NCBI GenBank assembly: GCA_965222605.1
Contig: OZ244960.1
Coordinates: forward strand, 1,088,001-1,152,000
From: Candidatus Latescibacterota bacterium
GTDB lineage: Bacteria; Latescibacterota; UBA2968
Direction: 5' to 3'
Length of the DNA stretch: 64,000 nucleotides
In this document: in pieces, positions 38,128 to 47,510 of the stretch
Numbering within the stretch: the stretch's first letter is position 1
Layout: each line of letters starts with the position of its first letter
Translations under genes and position numbers: made by a program
The notes under the pieces: generated by a model
Told to the model about the DNA's origin: nothing
What the model saw: only the letters and a program-made list of their open reading frames with translations
The model's database searches: none

Positions 38128-41046
38128 ATGCGTAACCTGATTTTGTTCACACTATCCACACTCACGCTTTTGATACATCCGCTGTCTCTTCCAGCGCAGA
38201 ATAGCTTTTCTTTTTCCATAGATGCGAACACTGCGACGGGTGATCAAGCGGTCACATCTGTTAATGTATCCCCGGACTTTGATGGCGATGGTATGGTTGG
38301 CTTCTCTGACTTTTTGGCGTTGTCAGGTCTGTTTGGGGCACGTCAGGGCGATGGGAGGTATGAAGCGAAGTATGATCTGGACAGCGACGGCACAATTGGA
38401 TTTTCCGATTTTCTGATCTTTAGTGCCAGCTTTGGCAAAGAGGTATCTTCCCCTGGGGGTGATACAACGCAGGTTGCCATCCCTGATGCCAATCTGCGTA
38501 CTGTTATCGAAGGTAGTCTCGGCAAGTCAAGCGATGCGCCAATCACTCAGACAGAGATGGCGAGCTTAACTCACCTTGCGGCCCCGAACAAGAATATTCG
38601 CGATCTGACCGGGCTTGAGTTTGCTATTAACCTGATAACGTTAGACCTTGGTGAAGCGGAAGTAAGCGGGTATATAGTGAACAGCAACGAGATATCCAAC
38701 CTTTCGCCGCTATCTAATTTAACCCGACTGGAAACGCTGGAGCTTTCCGACAACAGCATATCGGATGTGACACCGCTATCTAATTTGACCAGCCTAAGAG
38801 TGCTGGATCTTAGCATCAACAGCATATCGGATGTGTCTGCACTGTCAGGACTGACCAGCCTGGAGGAGCTGAGTCTCGTCGGCAACAACATATCGGATGT
38901 GACACCGATAGCTAACTTAACCGGCCTAAGAGTGCTGCAGTTTAGCAGCAACAGCATATCGGATGTGACACCGATAGCTAATTTAACCAGCCTGGAGGGG
39001 TTGAATCTTATCGGCAACAGCATATCGAATGTGGCACCGATAGCTAACTTGACCAGACTGGAATGGCTGTCTCTTGACAATAACAGCATATCGAATATGG
39101 CGCCGCTATCTAATTTGACCAGACTGGAAACGCTGGGTCTTTCCAACAACAGCATATCGGATGTGACACCGCTATCTAACTTGACCAATCTGGAATTGCT
39201 GTTTCTCTCCAGCAACAGCATATCGGATGTAATGCCGCTATCTAATTTGACCCGTCTGGAATTGCTGGAGCTTTCCGACAACAGCATCTCAGACCTCGCG
39301 CCGCTGGTGGCAAACACAGGATTGGGTAGTGGAGATGAGGTTAGGGTGGAGAACAACCCCTTGAGTGCCACATCAATCAACACACACATCCCAGCCCTTC
39401 AGAGCAGAGGGGTTAGTGTACTCTACTCCCGTAGCGGTGGCAGTGGCGGTGGTGGCGGTGGTGGCAGTACAATGAACGTTGTCATTCTGGATGCGAACCT
39501 GCATGCGGCCATTGCGGCAAGTCTCGGCAAGTCGATCCATACGCCAATCACGCAGGCAGAGATGGCTACCTTAACTCGCCTTGATGCATCGAACCTGAAT
39601 ATTCGCGATCTGACCGGACTTGAGTTTGCAATTAACCTGACAGAGTTGGTCCTCGGTGGAAACGAAGGGGGCTTGTGGGAGGGAAACATCAATGAGCTAT
39701 TCAACAACCTTTCGCTATACTTGACCAATCTAATAGAACAATGGATTAACTTTTCCTTCAACTTTTCTGTCAACAGCATATTGGACGTGACGCCACTATC
39801 TAACTTGACCCGTCTGGAATTGCTGGATCTTTCCTACAACAACATATCGGATATGACGACGCTATCTAACTTGACCAATCTGGAAGCCCTGGATCTTTCC
39901 GGCAACAGCATAGCGAATGTGACACCCCTATCTAACTTGACCAGGCTGGAACGGCTGTCTCTTTCCGGCAACAGCATAGCGAATATGTCTGCACTGTCAG
40001 GATTAACGAGTCTGGAAGTGCTGATTCTTTCTGGCACAAGCATATCGAATGTGACACCGATATCTAACTTGATCAATCTGGAAGTGCTGGATCTTTCCTA
40101 CAACAGCATAGCGAATGTGACGCCGATATCTAACTTGACCAATCTGGAATGGCTGATTCTTTCCGGCACAAGCATGGCGGATGTGACACCAATATCTAAC
40201 TTGACCAGGCTAAGAGTCCTATCTCTTTCCGACAACAGCATAGCGAATGTGACGCCGCTTGTGACGCTTCTATCTAACTTGAATAACCTGATATTTCTGG
40301 ATCTTTCCGACAACAGCATATCGAATGTGACGCCACTATCTAACTTGACCAATCTAAGAGCTCTGACTCTTTACGACAACAACATATCAGATGTGACGCC
40401 ACTATCTAACTTGACCCGTCTGGAATGGCTGGATCTTGAAGACAACAGCATATCGAATGTGACGCCGCTATCTAATTTGACCAGCTTGGAATGGCTGGAA
40501 CTTGACAACAACGGCATATCGGATGTGACACCGCTATCCAACTTGACCAATCTAAGATGGCTGGAACTTTACGACAACAGCATATCGGATATGACGCCGA
40601 TATCTAACTCGACCCGCCTGGAATTGCTGTCTCTTTCCGACAACAGCATATCGGATATGACACCGCTATCGAACTTAATCAACCTGAAATTGCTGTCTCT
40701 TTCCGACAACAGTATATCGAATGTGACGCCGATATCTAACTTAATCAACCTGACAGGGTTGGAACTTAACAACAACAGCATCTCAGACCTCGCGCCGCTG
40801 GTGGCAAACACGGGATTGGGTGAAGGAGATGAGGTTGATGTGAGGAACAACCCCTTGAGTGCCACATCAATCAACATACACATTCCAGCCCTTGAGAGCA
40901 GAGGGGTTGAGGTAGATTTTAGCGCATCGAAGCCCACGATAAAAAACAAAGAACTGAGGATACCCCTCCGGATGATAGAACCGTTGGGGATGAAAAAATG
41001 GAAGGTGGGCGATAATTTGAGAAACGGTCGCTTGAATAATTTTTGA
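38128..41046 (+). CDS. secreted internalin-like LRR protein with N-terminal EF-hand/dockerin-like pair
   Basis: Signal peptide; DFDGDGMVGFSDFL and DLDSDGTIGFSDFL; two capped LRR modules with 9 and 15 regular 22-aa repeats joined by a poly-Gly linker. Confidence 0.93.
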   Translation: MRNLILFTLSTLTLLIHPLSLPAQNSFSFSIDANTATGDQAVTSVNVSPDFDGDGMVGFSDFLALSGLFGARQGDGRYEAKYDLDSDGTIGFSDFLIFSASFGKEVSSPGGDTTQVAIPDANLRTVIEGSLGKSSDAPITQTEMASLTHLAAPNKNIRDLTGLEFAINLITLDLGEAEVSGYIVNSNEISNLSPLSNLTRLETLELSDNSISDVTPLSNLTSLRVLDLSINSISDVSALSGLTSLEELSLVGNNISDVTPIANLTGLRVLQFSSNSISDVTPIANLTSLEGLNLIGNSISNVAPIANLTRLEWLSLDNNSISNMAPLSNLTRLETLGLSNNSISDVTPLSNLTNLELLFLSSNSISDVMPLSNLTRLELLELSDNSISDLAPLVANTGLGSGDEVRVENNPLSATSINTHIPALQSRGVSVLYSRSGGSGGGGGGGSTMNVVILDANLHAAIAASLGKSIHTPITQAEMATLTRLDASNLNIRDLTGLEFAINLTELVLGGNEGGLWEGNINELFNNLSLYLTNLIEQWINFSFNFSVNSILDVTPLSNLTRLELLDLSYNNISDMTTLSNLTNLEALDLSGNSIANVTPLSNLTRLERLSLSGNSIANMSALSGLTSLEVLILSGTSISNVTPISNLINLEVLDLSYNSIANVTPISNLTNLEWLILSGTSMADVTPISNLTRLRVLSLSDNSIANVTPLVTLLSNLNNLIFLDLSDNSISNVTPLSNLTNLRALTLYDNNISDVTPLSNLTRLEWLDLEDNSISNVTPLSNLTSLEWLELDNNGISDVTPLSNLTNLRWLELYDNSISDMTPISNSTRLELLSLSDNSISDMTPLSNLINLKLLSLSDNSISNVTPISNLINLTGLELNNNSISDLAPLVANTGLGEGDEVDVRNNPLSATSINIHIPALESRGVEVDFSASKPTIKNKELRIPLRMIEPLGMKKWKVGDNLRNGRLNNF
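38700..40790 (+). repeat. 66-bp coding tandem repeats (two arrays)
   Basis: Recurrent AACAGCATATCGGATGTGACACCGCTATCTAACTTGACC core at 66-nt period. Confidence 0.9.
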
Positions 41047-41071
41047 TTCTTCATCCCAGAGAATTAACACC

Positions 41072-41851
41072 ATGCCAGATACTACAACACAGTTGCATCC
41101 CGACCCCAAAGCCTGTGCTGTCGCCCGTGCGGTCTGCGACGTGGTCCACCCCAATACCGTCATCCTGTTCGGGTCCCGCGCCCGGGGCGACTTTACGCCC
41201 GATTCCGATATTGACCTGCTCATTATCACTGACTCCCAGCAGCTAAACCGGCAGGAATACATGCGCTCCAGTAAGGCGGCTCGCCGCAAAGTCCAGGAAG
41301 TTTACGGTCACTCCATGGGCGTTGACCTGGTCCACCTGAGCGAGGACGCTTTCCGCGATGGTCGCCGTGCCCGAAACCATGTCGCAGGGCAGGCTGTCCG
41401 CGACGGCGTCGATATACATGGCGCAAAAATAATCTATGACAACCCGGAACCGACCAACTGGCCCGATATACGACAGAGAATCATCAATGCCGAACGTGAA
41501 CTCCGCGTTCTGGAAGATCTGGTAGAAGCAAATTCAGCACCGGAAGCCATCGGCTTCCACGCCCAACAGGCTCTTGAAAACGTCCTAAAAGGCTGGATTT
41601 CAGCACTCGATACCGATTACAAAAACACCCACGACCTATCCGACCTATCCGCCATCATCCGAACCCATTTCGAAGAGATCGACACTCCCGCCAGTGAAAA
41701 GCTAACATGGCTGACCGACTATGCCGTAAGATACCGCTATCACGGCATAGAGGTCTGCGTGGAAGATCGCTTCGAGTTGCTCGCTGCGGTAAAAGAAACC
41801 GTAGAGATCATCATCGCCCGCATTCGGACACTGAGTAAAATGACTGGGTAG
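41072..41851 (+). CDS. minimal nucleotidyltransferase (MNT)-HEPN fusion
   Basis: LFGSRARGDFTPDSDIDLL followed by FHAQQALENVLKG...THDL. Confidence 0.88.
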   Translation: MPDTTTQLHPDPKACAVARAVCDVVHPNTVILFGSRARGDFTPDSDIDLLIITDSQQLNRQEYMRSSKAARRKVQEVYGHSMGVDLVHLSEDAFRDGRRARNHVAGQAVRDGVDIHGAKIIYDNPEPTNWPDIRQRIINAERELRVLEDLVEANSAPEAIGFHAQQALENVLKGWISALDTDYKNTHDLSDLSAIIRTHFEEIDTPASEKLTWLTDYAVRYRYHGIEVCVEDRFELLAAVKETVEIIIARIRTLSKMTG

Positions 41852-41897
41852 GAAAGTGATGGGTAGCTTACTGATATGAATTTTACATTGATAAAGA

Positions 41898-41969
41898 ATC
41901 AGGATTGACTATATTTTCCACTGGTCCGAAAATTCTGCGCATCAGGTATCGCTAACGGACTATCATTAG
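41898..41969 (+). pseudogene. higB toxin 3' remnant
   Basis: IRIDYIFHWSENSAHQVSLTDYH* directly before higA; HigB proteins typically end F.W...A..V.I.DYH. Confidence 0.7.
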
Positions 41970-41985
41970 GCTATTGGAGACAATC

Positions 41986-42297
41986 ATGCTGCCAGAAAAT
42001 CGTATTCCGACGCATCCAGGAGAAATCCTTTTGGAAGAATTTCTGAAACCTCTGGGAATGACTCAAGTGGCATTTGCCAAACACATTGAAGTGCCACTTC
42101 AGAGGATTAACGAGATCATCCGTGGCAAGCGGGGCGTAACCCTTGAGACAGCCTGGTTATTTTCTCAAGCACTGGGCACAACGCCTGAGTTATGGATAAA
42201 TCTTCAACGGAATCACGATTTGGCTAAAAACCGACCAAAGAAAAAGATTCCAAAGCTTCAATCAGTGGATGCGCTGAATCTGTCACAACCTGAATGA
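41986..42297 (+). CDS. higA: HigA addiction-module antitoxin
   Basis: THPGEILLEEFLKPLGMTQ...RINEIIRGKRGVT...WINLQ. Confidence 0.93.
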   Translation: MLPENRIPTHPGEILLEEFLKPLGMTQVAFAKHIEVPLQRINEIIRGKRGVTLETAWLFSQALGTTPELWINLQRNHDLAKNRPKKKIPKLQSVDALNLSQPE

Positions 42298-42436
42298 TAA
42301 GATATATGTAACGTCTGTTACTTTGCTAAAAAATCTGCCCTCACAAGAAAAGGGATGCACATATATTTGCATCCCTATTTCATATTGCACTTCAAGCGCG
42401 TTCTGTGAACTACTCTCCAAAACTGTGATCAATTAG

Positions 42437-42528
42437 AATGGCGACGGACATGTGGATATCGTGGTTGACGATGCCGCCAAAAACTTAATCCAGGAGAATG
42501 ACAGGACTGGCACATTTCGGCCGCGATA
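42437..42528 (+). pseudogene. single FG-GAP repeat fragment
   Basis: NGDGHVDIVVDDAAKNLIQENDRTGTF with no start codon. Confidence 0.5.
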
Positions 42529-42765
42529 GGCGCAGAAGCCAATCAGAGGAAGGATAGGCAATGTATAGGCAGACATTTTGGGGACAAACACAATAGTGTA
42601 GCACGTAATACGGTTTGTTGACACCCTTTTGGATTTGGGCTATATTGCTTGAAAGATTACTCTAATTTTTTCAAGACACGACCTTATAGCACACGGATAC
42701 AACAGATGATATAGTTTGTAAAGGAACAAAAAATAATAACTTAAAATCGCTCATGGAGTTTAATA

Positions 42766-43146
42766 ATGGCAACATTTACTGTTGATGAATTGGTCAAAGC
42801 TGCTGAGCAATTGCCTCAAATAGATTTGGAAAATTTGACGGCGCAGGTACTTACACTCAAGGCAAGACGCACAGCACCAGAATTGTCGAAAAATGAGGCT
42901 GAGTTGCTCCTAAATATCAACCGGGGAATGCCCGATGAGTTACAGAATCGATATCGGGAACTTATTGCTATCAGACGATCAGAAACACTGACCGAATCTG
43001 AACATGCCGAATTGCTTCACCTGACAAATCAGGTTGAAAAATATGATACAGAACGGCTGAAATATCTTACCGAACTGGCACGTATTCGAAAAATTTCTCT
43101 GACAGAGCTTTTGAATGAACTCGGCATCGAGCCAGCCTACACATAA
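42766..43146 (+). CDS. hypothetical helical protein, usually partnered with an HNH nuclease
   Basis: EAELLLNINRG...LTESEHAELLHL...RLKYLTELARIR. Promoter TTGACA-17-TATATT near 42618-42646. Confidence 0.75.
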   Translation: MATFTVDELVKAAEQLPQIDLENLTAQVLTLKARRTAPELSKNEAELLLNINRGMPDELQNRYRELIAIRRSETLTESEHAELLHLTNQVEKYDTERLKYLTELARIRKISLTELLNELGIEPAYT

Positions 43147-43149
43147 ACC

Positions 43150-43266
43150 GTGAACGCGAGACTGAAACAAGCTGTTATTCATCGTGCCCAGGGATGCTGT
43201 GAATACTGTCAGAGCCAGGCTCGTTTTGCAACCCATCCATTCTCTATTTCTGATCACAATAGATAA
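43150..43266 (+). pseudogene. truncated HNH endonuclease
   Basis: VNARLKQAVIHRAQGCCEYCQSQARFATHPFSI then stop; the HNH core is lost. Confidence 0.7.
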
Positions 43267-43310
43267 ATCGCCATAAAACTCCTTCAAAAATTGCTTGCAT
43301 TGGCAAACAC

Positions 43311-43348
43311 AAAAAGCCCAACGGCCACCTCTAAACCGTTGGGCTTTT
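43311..43348. terminator. intrinsic terminator
   Basis: AAAAGCCCAACGG-11 nt-CCGTTGGGCTTTT. Confidence 0.8.
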
Positions 43349-43444
43349 CCTAATGGATATTGCGCGTCGGTCAAATTTGTCGGATATTGCTTGTGCGTAT
43401 CCAGGGTGCTTCAACTCTTTTTTCTCTCTTCAAAACAACTACCC

Positions 43445-44455
43445 ATGCACATCTACATACTCAAAAGATTACTGGCACTAATTCCCACACTATTGGGCAT
43501 TACAGTGCTGGTTTTTTTTATGGTACATCTCGTACCTGGAGACCCCGCCCAGATCATGCTGGGCGAACGGGCAAGTGCCGAAAGTCTGGCGACACTGAGA
43601 CGCGATCTGGGCCTGGATCAGCCGTTACATGTGCAATTTGGACGCTATTTATCCGACCTGATGCAAGGCGATCTGGGGCGATCAATTAAATCGCACGAAC
43701 GGGTATCCGTCGAACTAATGGCGCGTTTTCCCGCCACAATGGAACTGACCTTCGCAAGCATGGTATTTGCCTGCATACTCGGCATTGGTGCAGGTATTGC
43801 ATCCGCGATTCGGCGCGGCACCTGGTGGGATTATATTGGCATGACGGCATCGCTGGCAGGGGTATCGGTACCCATCTTCTGGCTGGGATTATTGCTCATC
43901 CTGGCTCTTGCTGTCTCCCTACCGTTGTTTCCCGTCTCCGGACGACTCAGTTCTCATGTATTTATACCCACATGGACTGGATTTTACCTCATAGACAGCC
44001 TGATCGCAGGTGATCTGCCGAGTTTTGGCGACGCACTCTGGCATTTGATTCTGCCCAGTATAACGCTGGGCACCGTACCCGCCGCTGTTATTGCACGCAT
44101 GACTCGGTCGAGCTTGCTGGAAGTCCTGCGCGAAGATTATGTGCGCACTGCCTGGGCAAAAGGCTTATCTGAACGGGTCGTCATTTTGCGCCACGCAATG
44201 AAAAATGCATTCATCCCCGTATTAACCGTAATCAGCTTACAGTTCGGTTATCTATTGGGCGGCGCAGTCTTAACCGAAAGTATTTTTGCCTGGCCCGGGG
44301 TCGGGCGCTGGTTGCTCCTCTCCGTTTACGCCCGCGATTTTCGAGCAATTCAAGGGGGCGTACTGATCGTCGCTACAACCTTTGTGGTAATCAACTTGAT
44401 CGCAGACCTGTTATATGCCTGGTTGGACCCACGGATCAAATACAGCAAAGAGTAA
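43445..44455 (+). CDS. dppB: dipeptide ABC transporter permease
   Basis: LVPGDPA, GLDQPL, IARMTRSSLLEVLREDYVRTAWAKGL. Start re-called. Confidence 0.9.
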   Translation: MHIYILKRLLALIPTLLGITVLVFFMVHLVPGDPAQIMLGERASAESLATLRRDLGLDQPLHVQFGRYLSDLMQGDLGRSIKSHERVSVELMARFPATMELTFASMVFACILGIGAGIASAIRRGTWWDYIGMTASLAGVSVPIFWLGLLLILALAVSLPLFPVSGRLSSHVFIPTWTGFYLIDSLIAGDLPSFGDALWHLILPSITLGTVPAAVIARMTRSSLLEVLREDYVRTAWAKGLSERVVILRHAMKNAFIPVLTVISLQFGYLLGGAVLTESIFAWPGVGRWLLLSVYARDFRAIQGGVLIVATTFVVINLIADLLYAWLDPRIKYSKE

Positions 44456-44465
44456 ACGACACACA

Positions 44466-45335
44466 ATGTCACATATCCAGGACACCTTACAAACACCACC
44501 GCAAACCACCTCGCTTTTGATCTGGCAGCGATTGCGTAAAAATCGTCTCTCCATTGTGGGAAGTGTATTGATCGGCGGCTTTCTGCTACTGGCTCTCACA
44601 GCACCTCTAATCGCCCCCTCCAATCCAATGGCGCAGGCACTCTACAACCGCTTATCACCCCCAACGCTCGAACATCCATTCGGCACAGATGACTTTGGCC
44701 GAGACATATTGAGCCGCGTCATCTATGGTGCGAGGATCTCTCTGCGCGTCGGGGTATTTGCCGTAATGATCGCCCTTGTACTGGGCACTTGCATTGGGGT
44801 CGTCGCGGGCTATTGGGGAGGATGGATAGATCAAATATTGATGCGTCTGATGGATCTGCTACTCGCCTTCCCGAGCATATTGCTCGCAATCGGCATCGTG
44901 GCTATTTTGGGACCCGGCCTGGAAAATGCGATGTTGGCCATCGGTATTGTAGCAGTGCCGCAATATGCGCGCCTGATTCGCGCATCCGTCTTAACCGTGC
45001 GAGAAACCGATTACGTCATGGCCGCACGCGCCCTGGGGGCATCCGATTGGCGCATACTATGCGTGGCCGTCTTGCCCAATTGCCTCGCCCCATTGATCGT
45101 CCAGGCGACATTGGGATTGGCAACCGCGATCCTCGACGCTGCAGGACTGAGTTTTCTCGGCCTGGGCGCGCAACCCCCCATCCCCGAATGGGGCGCAATG
45201 TTGAGTCAAGGACGCGAACTGATTGTGCGCGCACCCTGGGTACTCACCTTTCCCGGTGGAGCGATCTTTTTTACAGTACTGGCGTTTAATCTGGTCGGCG
45301 ATGGTCTGCGAGACGCGCTGGATCCAAAGGCTTAA
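44466..45335 (+). CDS. dppC: dipeptide ABC transporter permease
   Basis: FGTDDFGRDILSRVIYGARISL, LSFLGLGAQPP, GDGLRDALDP. Confidence 0.9.
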   Translation: MSHIQDTLQTPPQTTSLLIWQRLRKNRLSIVGSVLIGGFLLLALTAPLIAPSNPMAQALYNRLSPPTLEHPFGTDDFGRDILSRVIYGARISLRVGVFAVMIALVLGTCIGVVAGYWGGWIDQILMRLMDLLLAFPSILLAIGIVAILGPGLENAMLAIGIVAVPQYARLIRASVLTVRETDYVMAARALGASDWRILCVAVLPNCLAPLIVQATLGLATAILDAAGLSFLGLGAQPPIPEWGAMLSQGRELIVRAPWVLTFPGGAIFFTVLAFNLVGDGLRDALDPKA

Positions 45336-46567
45336 TTCAATTTCGCCATCGGACCGAGTGCGACAAGCGCGGGATCCGCATCGAGAGGATATTGTTCGAG
45401 ATAATCGGCAATGCGTTCTGGCGTGACGGCATCGATCTCCGCACGTTCTTCCTCGAGCGTTTTGAGTGGCGTATTAGTGCTCAAGCTACCCACAATTTGA
45501 GAGAAACGAGAAAGACCGTTTTCACCGCTGCAAATAATACCCGTAGCCTGTTTGGTCTTGGCGCGTTGGAGCGCGTCGCTATCAATACCGTTCTTTAAAT
45601 CCGCCATTTCGCGCCGCACAATATCGAGAACCTGAGACGCATTTTGCGGATCCACAGACAGATAAACATAAAAAAGCCCGGCATCGCTAAAATTGATATA
45701 CTCTGCCGACGCTTCATCGGCCAGACCCTCTTGAATAATAGACCAGTAGAGCCGGCTATTGGTCGATGCGCCCAAATAAACAGAAAGCAGATCTGCAGTA
45801 GCGGCATGATCATCGGATGACGGCGGCGCGGGAAGCGCGAGCGCAATGTGTTCGCGCGCCACACCATCGCGTTGCACAACGCGGTTTGCAGCGTGAAAGG
45901 CAGGGATTGATTGCTCGCGCCCGCGATCAGACACCTGCCAGTCTCCGCAATGTGCTTCAACAGCCCTAATGATTTCATCGCGATCAAACGCGCCTGTAAT
46001 GACAAACGTGAGGTTATTGGGACCATAGCGCCGCTGGTGATATTCTGCCATCAGATCGCGGGTAATGGACTTCACAGTATCCTCTGTGCCCAGCACACTC
46101 TGCCCTAAGGGATGATCGCCAAAAGCCTCTTGAATGAGATCGTCAATAATGAGCGCGTCGGGCTGGTCGTGATACATCGCAATCTCTTCGAGAATAACCT
46201 TCTTTTCCATATCAAACTCGTCCGATGGCAAATTGGCGCGCATCATATCGCTGAGAATTTCGATAGAATCCGTTGCCCGATCACTTTGCACCCAGTGAAA
46301 ATAGGCCGTGCCCTCCCACCATGTGTAGGCATTCCACATAGCGCCCAAATCATCGACATCGAGCGAAAGCTGCCGCCAGTCGCGCTTGGGCGTACCCTTG
46401 AAACACATGTGTTCGAGAAAATGTGAAATACCCAAAAAGGCCGGAGATTCATCGCGCGATCCCGTTTGGGCAAAAAACCCCAGCGCAGCCGAACGAATGC
46501 GCGGAATAGTTTCAAAAACAAGCGTGAGACCATTGTCGAGGGTATGCGTGGAAAAGGGTGAAGACAT
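45332..46567 (-). CDS. M16 (pitrilysin) peptidase, catalytic subunit
   Basis: HFLEHMCFKGT zinc motif; EKKVILEEI. Confidence 0.92.
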   Translation of the reverse strand: MSSPFSTHTLDNGLTLVFETIPRIRSAALGFFAQTGSRDESPAFLGISHFLEHMCFKGTPKRDWRQLSLDVDDLGAMWNAYTWWEGTAYFHWVQSDRATDSIEILSDMMRANLPSDEFDMEKKVILEEIAMYHDQPDALIIDDLIQEAFGDHPLGQSVLGTEDTVKSITRDLMAEYHQRRYGPNNLTFVITGAFDRDEIIRAVEAHCGDWQVSDRGREQSIPAFHAANRVVQRDGVAREHIALALPAPPSSDDHAATADLLSVYLGASTNSRLYWSIIQEGLADEASAEYINFSDAGLFYVYLSVDPQNASQVLDIVRREMADLKNGIDSDALQRAKTKQATGIICSGENGLSRFSQIVGSLSTNTPLKTLEEERAEIDAVTPERIADYLEQYPLDADPALVALGPMAKLN

Positions 46568-46611
46568 GAGTTGCTCCTGGAGAAAGCGGTGAGACGTAAA
46601 AAGCTGATAGC

Positions 46612-47475
46612 TTATAAACTCTTTGCCATTGCAATCGCTTCGTGCTCGGGCAGATAGGGCACATCAGTGCGATCCCAACTGCGCCTGCCAGCGACACAGT
46701 GGATACCCATCAGTTGTCGTTTTTGGGGGGTATCGGCCCAATCGACAATGCTTTGTGGCGGTGGACTCGCGATCCATTTTTTTACAAAAAAGGGCATATA
46801 GCCATAAATAACCATGCGCCGATCCATCGCACTGGTATTGGCACATCCCGTATGCCAGCAGACCACATTCCACAGCACGGCATCGCCGGCATTGAGAGCC
46901 ATCTTCTTCATATTGGGCATGGTTTCCAGAGCATCTCCCGAATAGTCTTCTTTGGGCGGATAATCCGGATTTGTATGTGTGCCAGGTACCAATGAAAAAC
47001 ATCCCATGTCTGTGGTCTGATCGTCGATAAAATAAAAAATTTTAATCTTGAGCGTATATTGCGGGTGCGTCCATGGCGGCCAGTCTCGGTGCCAGGACGT
47101 ATGGGCGGCAGTGCCTGCATGGTGATTGTGATAGAGCATTTCCATCGCCTGATAATCCGGGCCGACGATATTTTCGACATAGGGAATAACACTGGGATTA
47201 TTGGCCAGGTCGAGAATGGTCTCATCTGTGTCAAAGTCCGGGCGAATAGTATGCGCGTACGGTCCATTGCCATAGCCATTTCTGAACTTGCCGAGCCGAA
47301 GCTCTTTTTTTCGCTCTACAAGCATTTCTGACTCGCGGCGTTCAAAAGCCCGTCGCACCCGGTCCAGACCAATGGGTTCAATAGCGTTTTTGATCACCTT
47401 ATATCCATTTTCATCGTAAAAAGCGCGCTCTTCATCGGTTGGTGCCGAATATTGTATTGCATCGATCGTTGCCAT
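46612..47475 (-). CDS. PhyH family Fe/2OG dioxygenase
   Basis: WHRD, LVPGTH, WH. Confidence 0.88.
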   Translation of the reverse strand: MATIDAIQYSAPTDEERAFYDENGYKVIKNAIEPIGLDRVRRAFERRESEMLVERKKELRLGKFRNGYGNGPYAHTIRPDFDTDETILDLANNPSVIPYVENIVGPDYQAMEMLYHNHHAGTAAHTSWHRDWPPWTHPQYTLKIKIFYFIDDQTTDMGCFSLVPGTHTNPDYPPKEDYSGDALETMPNMKKMALNAGDAVLWNVVCWHTGCANTSAMDRRMVIYGYMPFFVKKWIASPPPQSIVDWADTPQKRQLMGIHCVAGRRSWDRTDVPYLPEHEAIAMAKSL

Positions 47476-47510
47476 AAATTGCTCCTGTGAGAACTGGGTG
47501 GCGTTATGCG

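Noticed and set aside
38700-40790. Regularly spaced repeats with variable intervening sequence, CRISPR-like at first glance
   Set aside because: They are in-frame 66-bp LRR coding units; there are no cas genes. No reverse transcriptase or template repeat supports a diversity-generating retroelement either.
37844-44459. 12-bp direct repeat AAGAGTAAACGA at the stops of dppA (37844-37855) and dppB (44448-44459)
   Set aside because: It would enclose dppB itself, so it does not delimit the insertion; likely coincidence.
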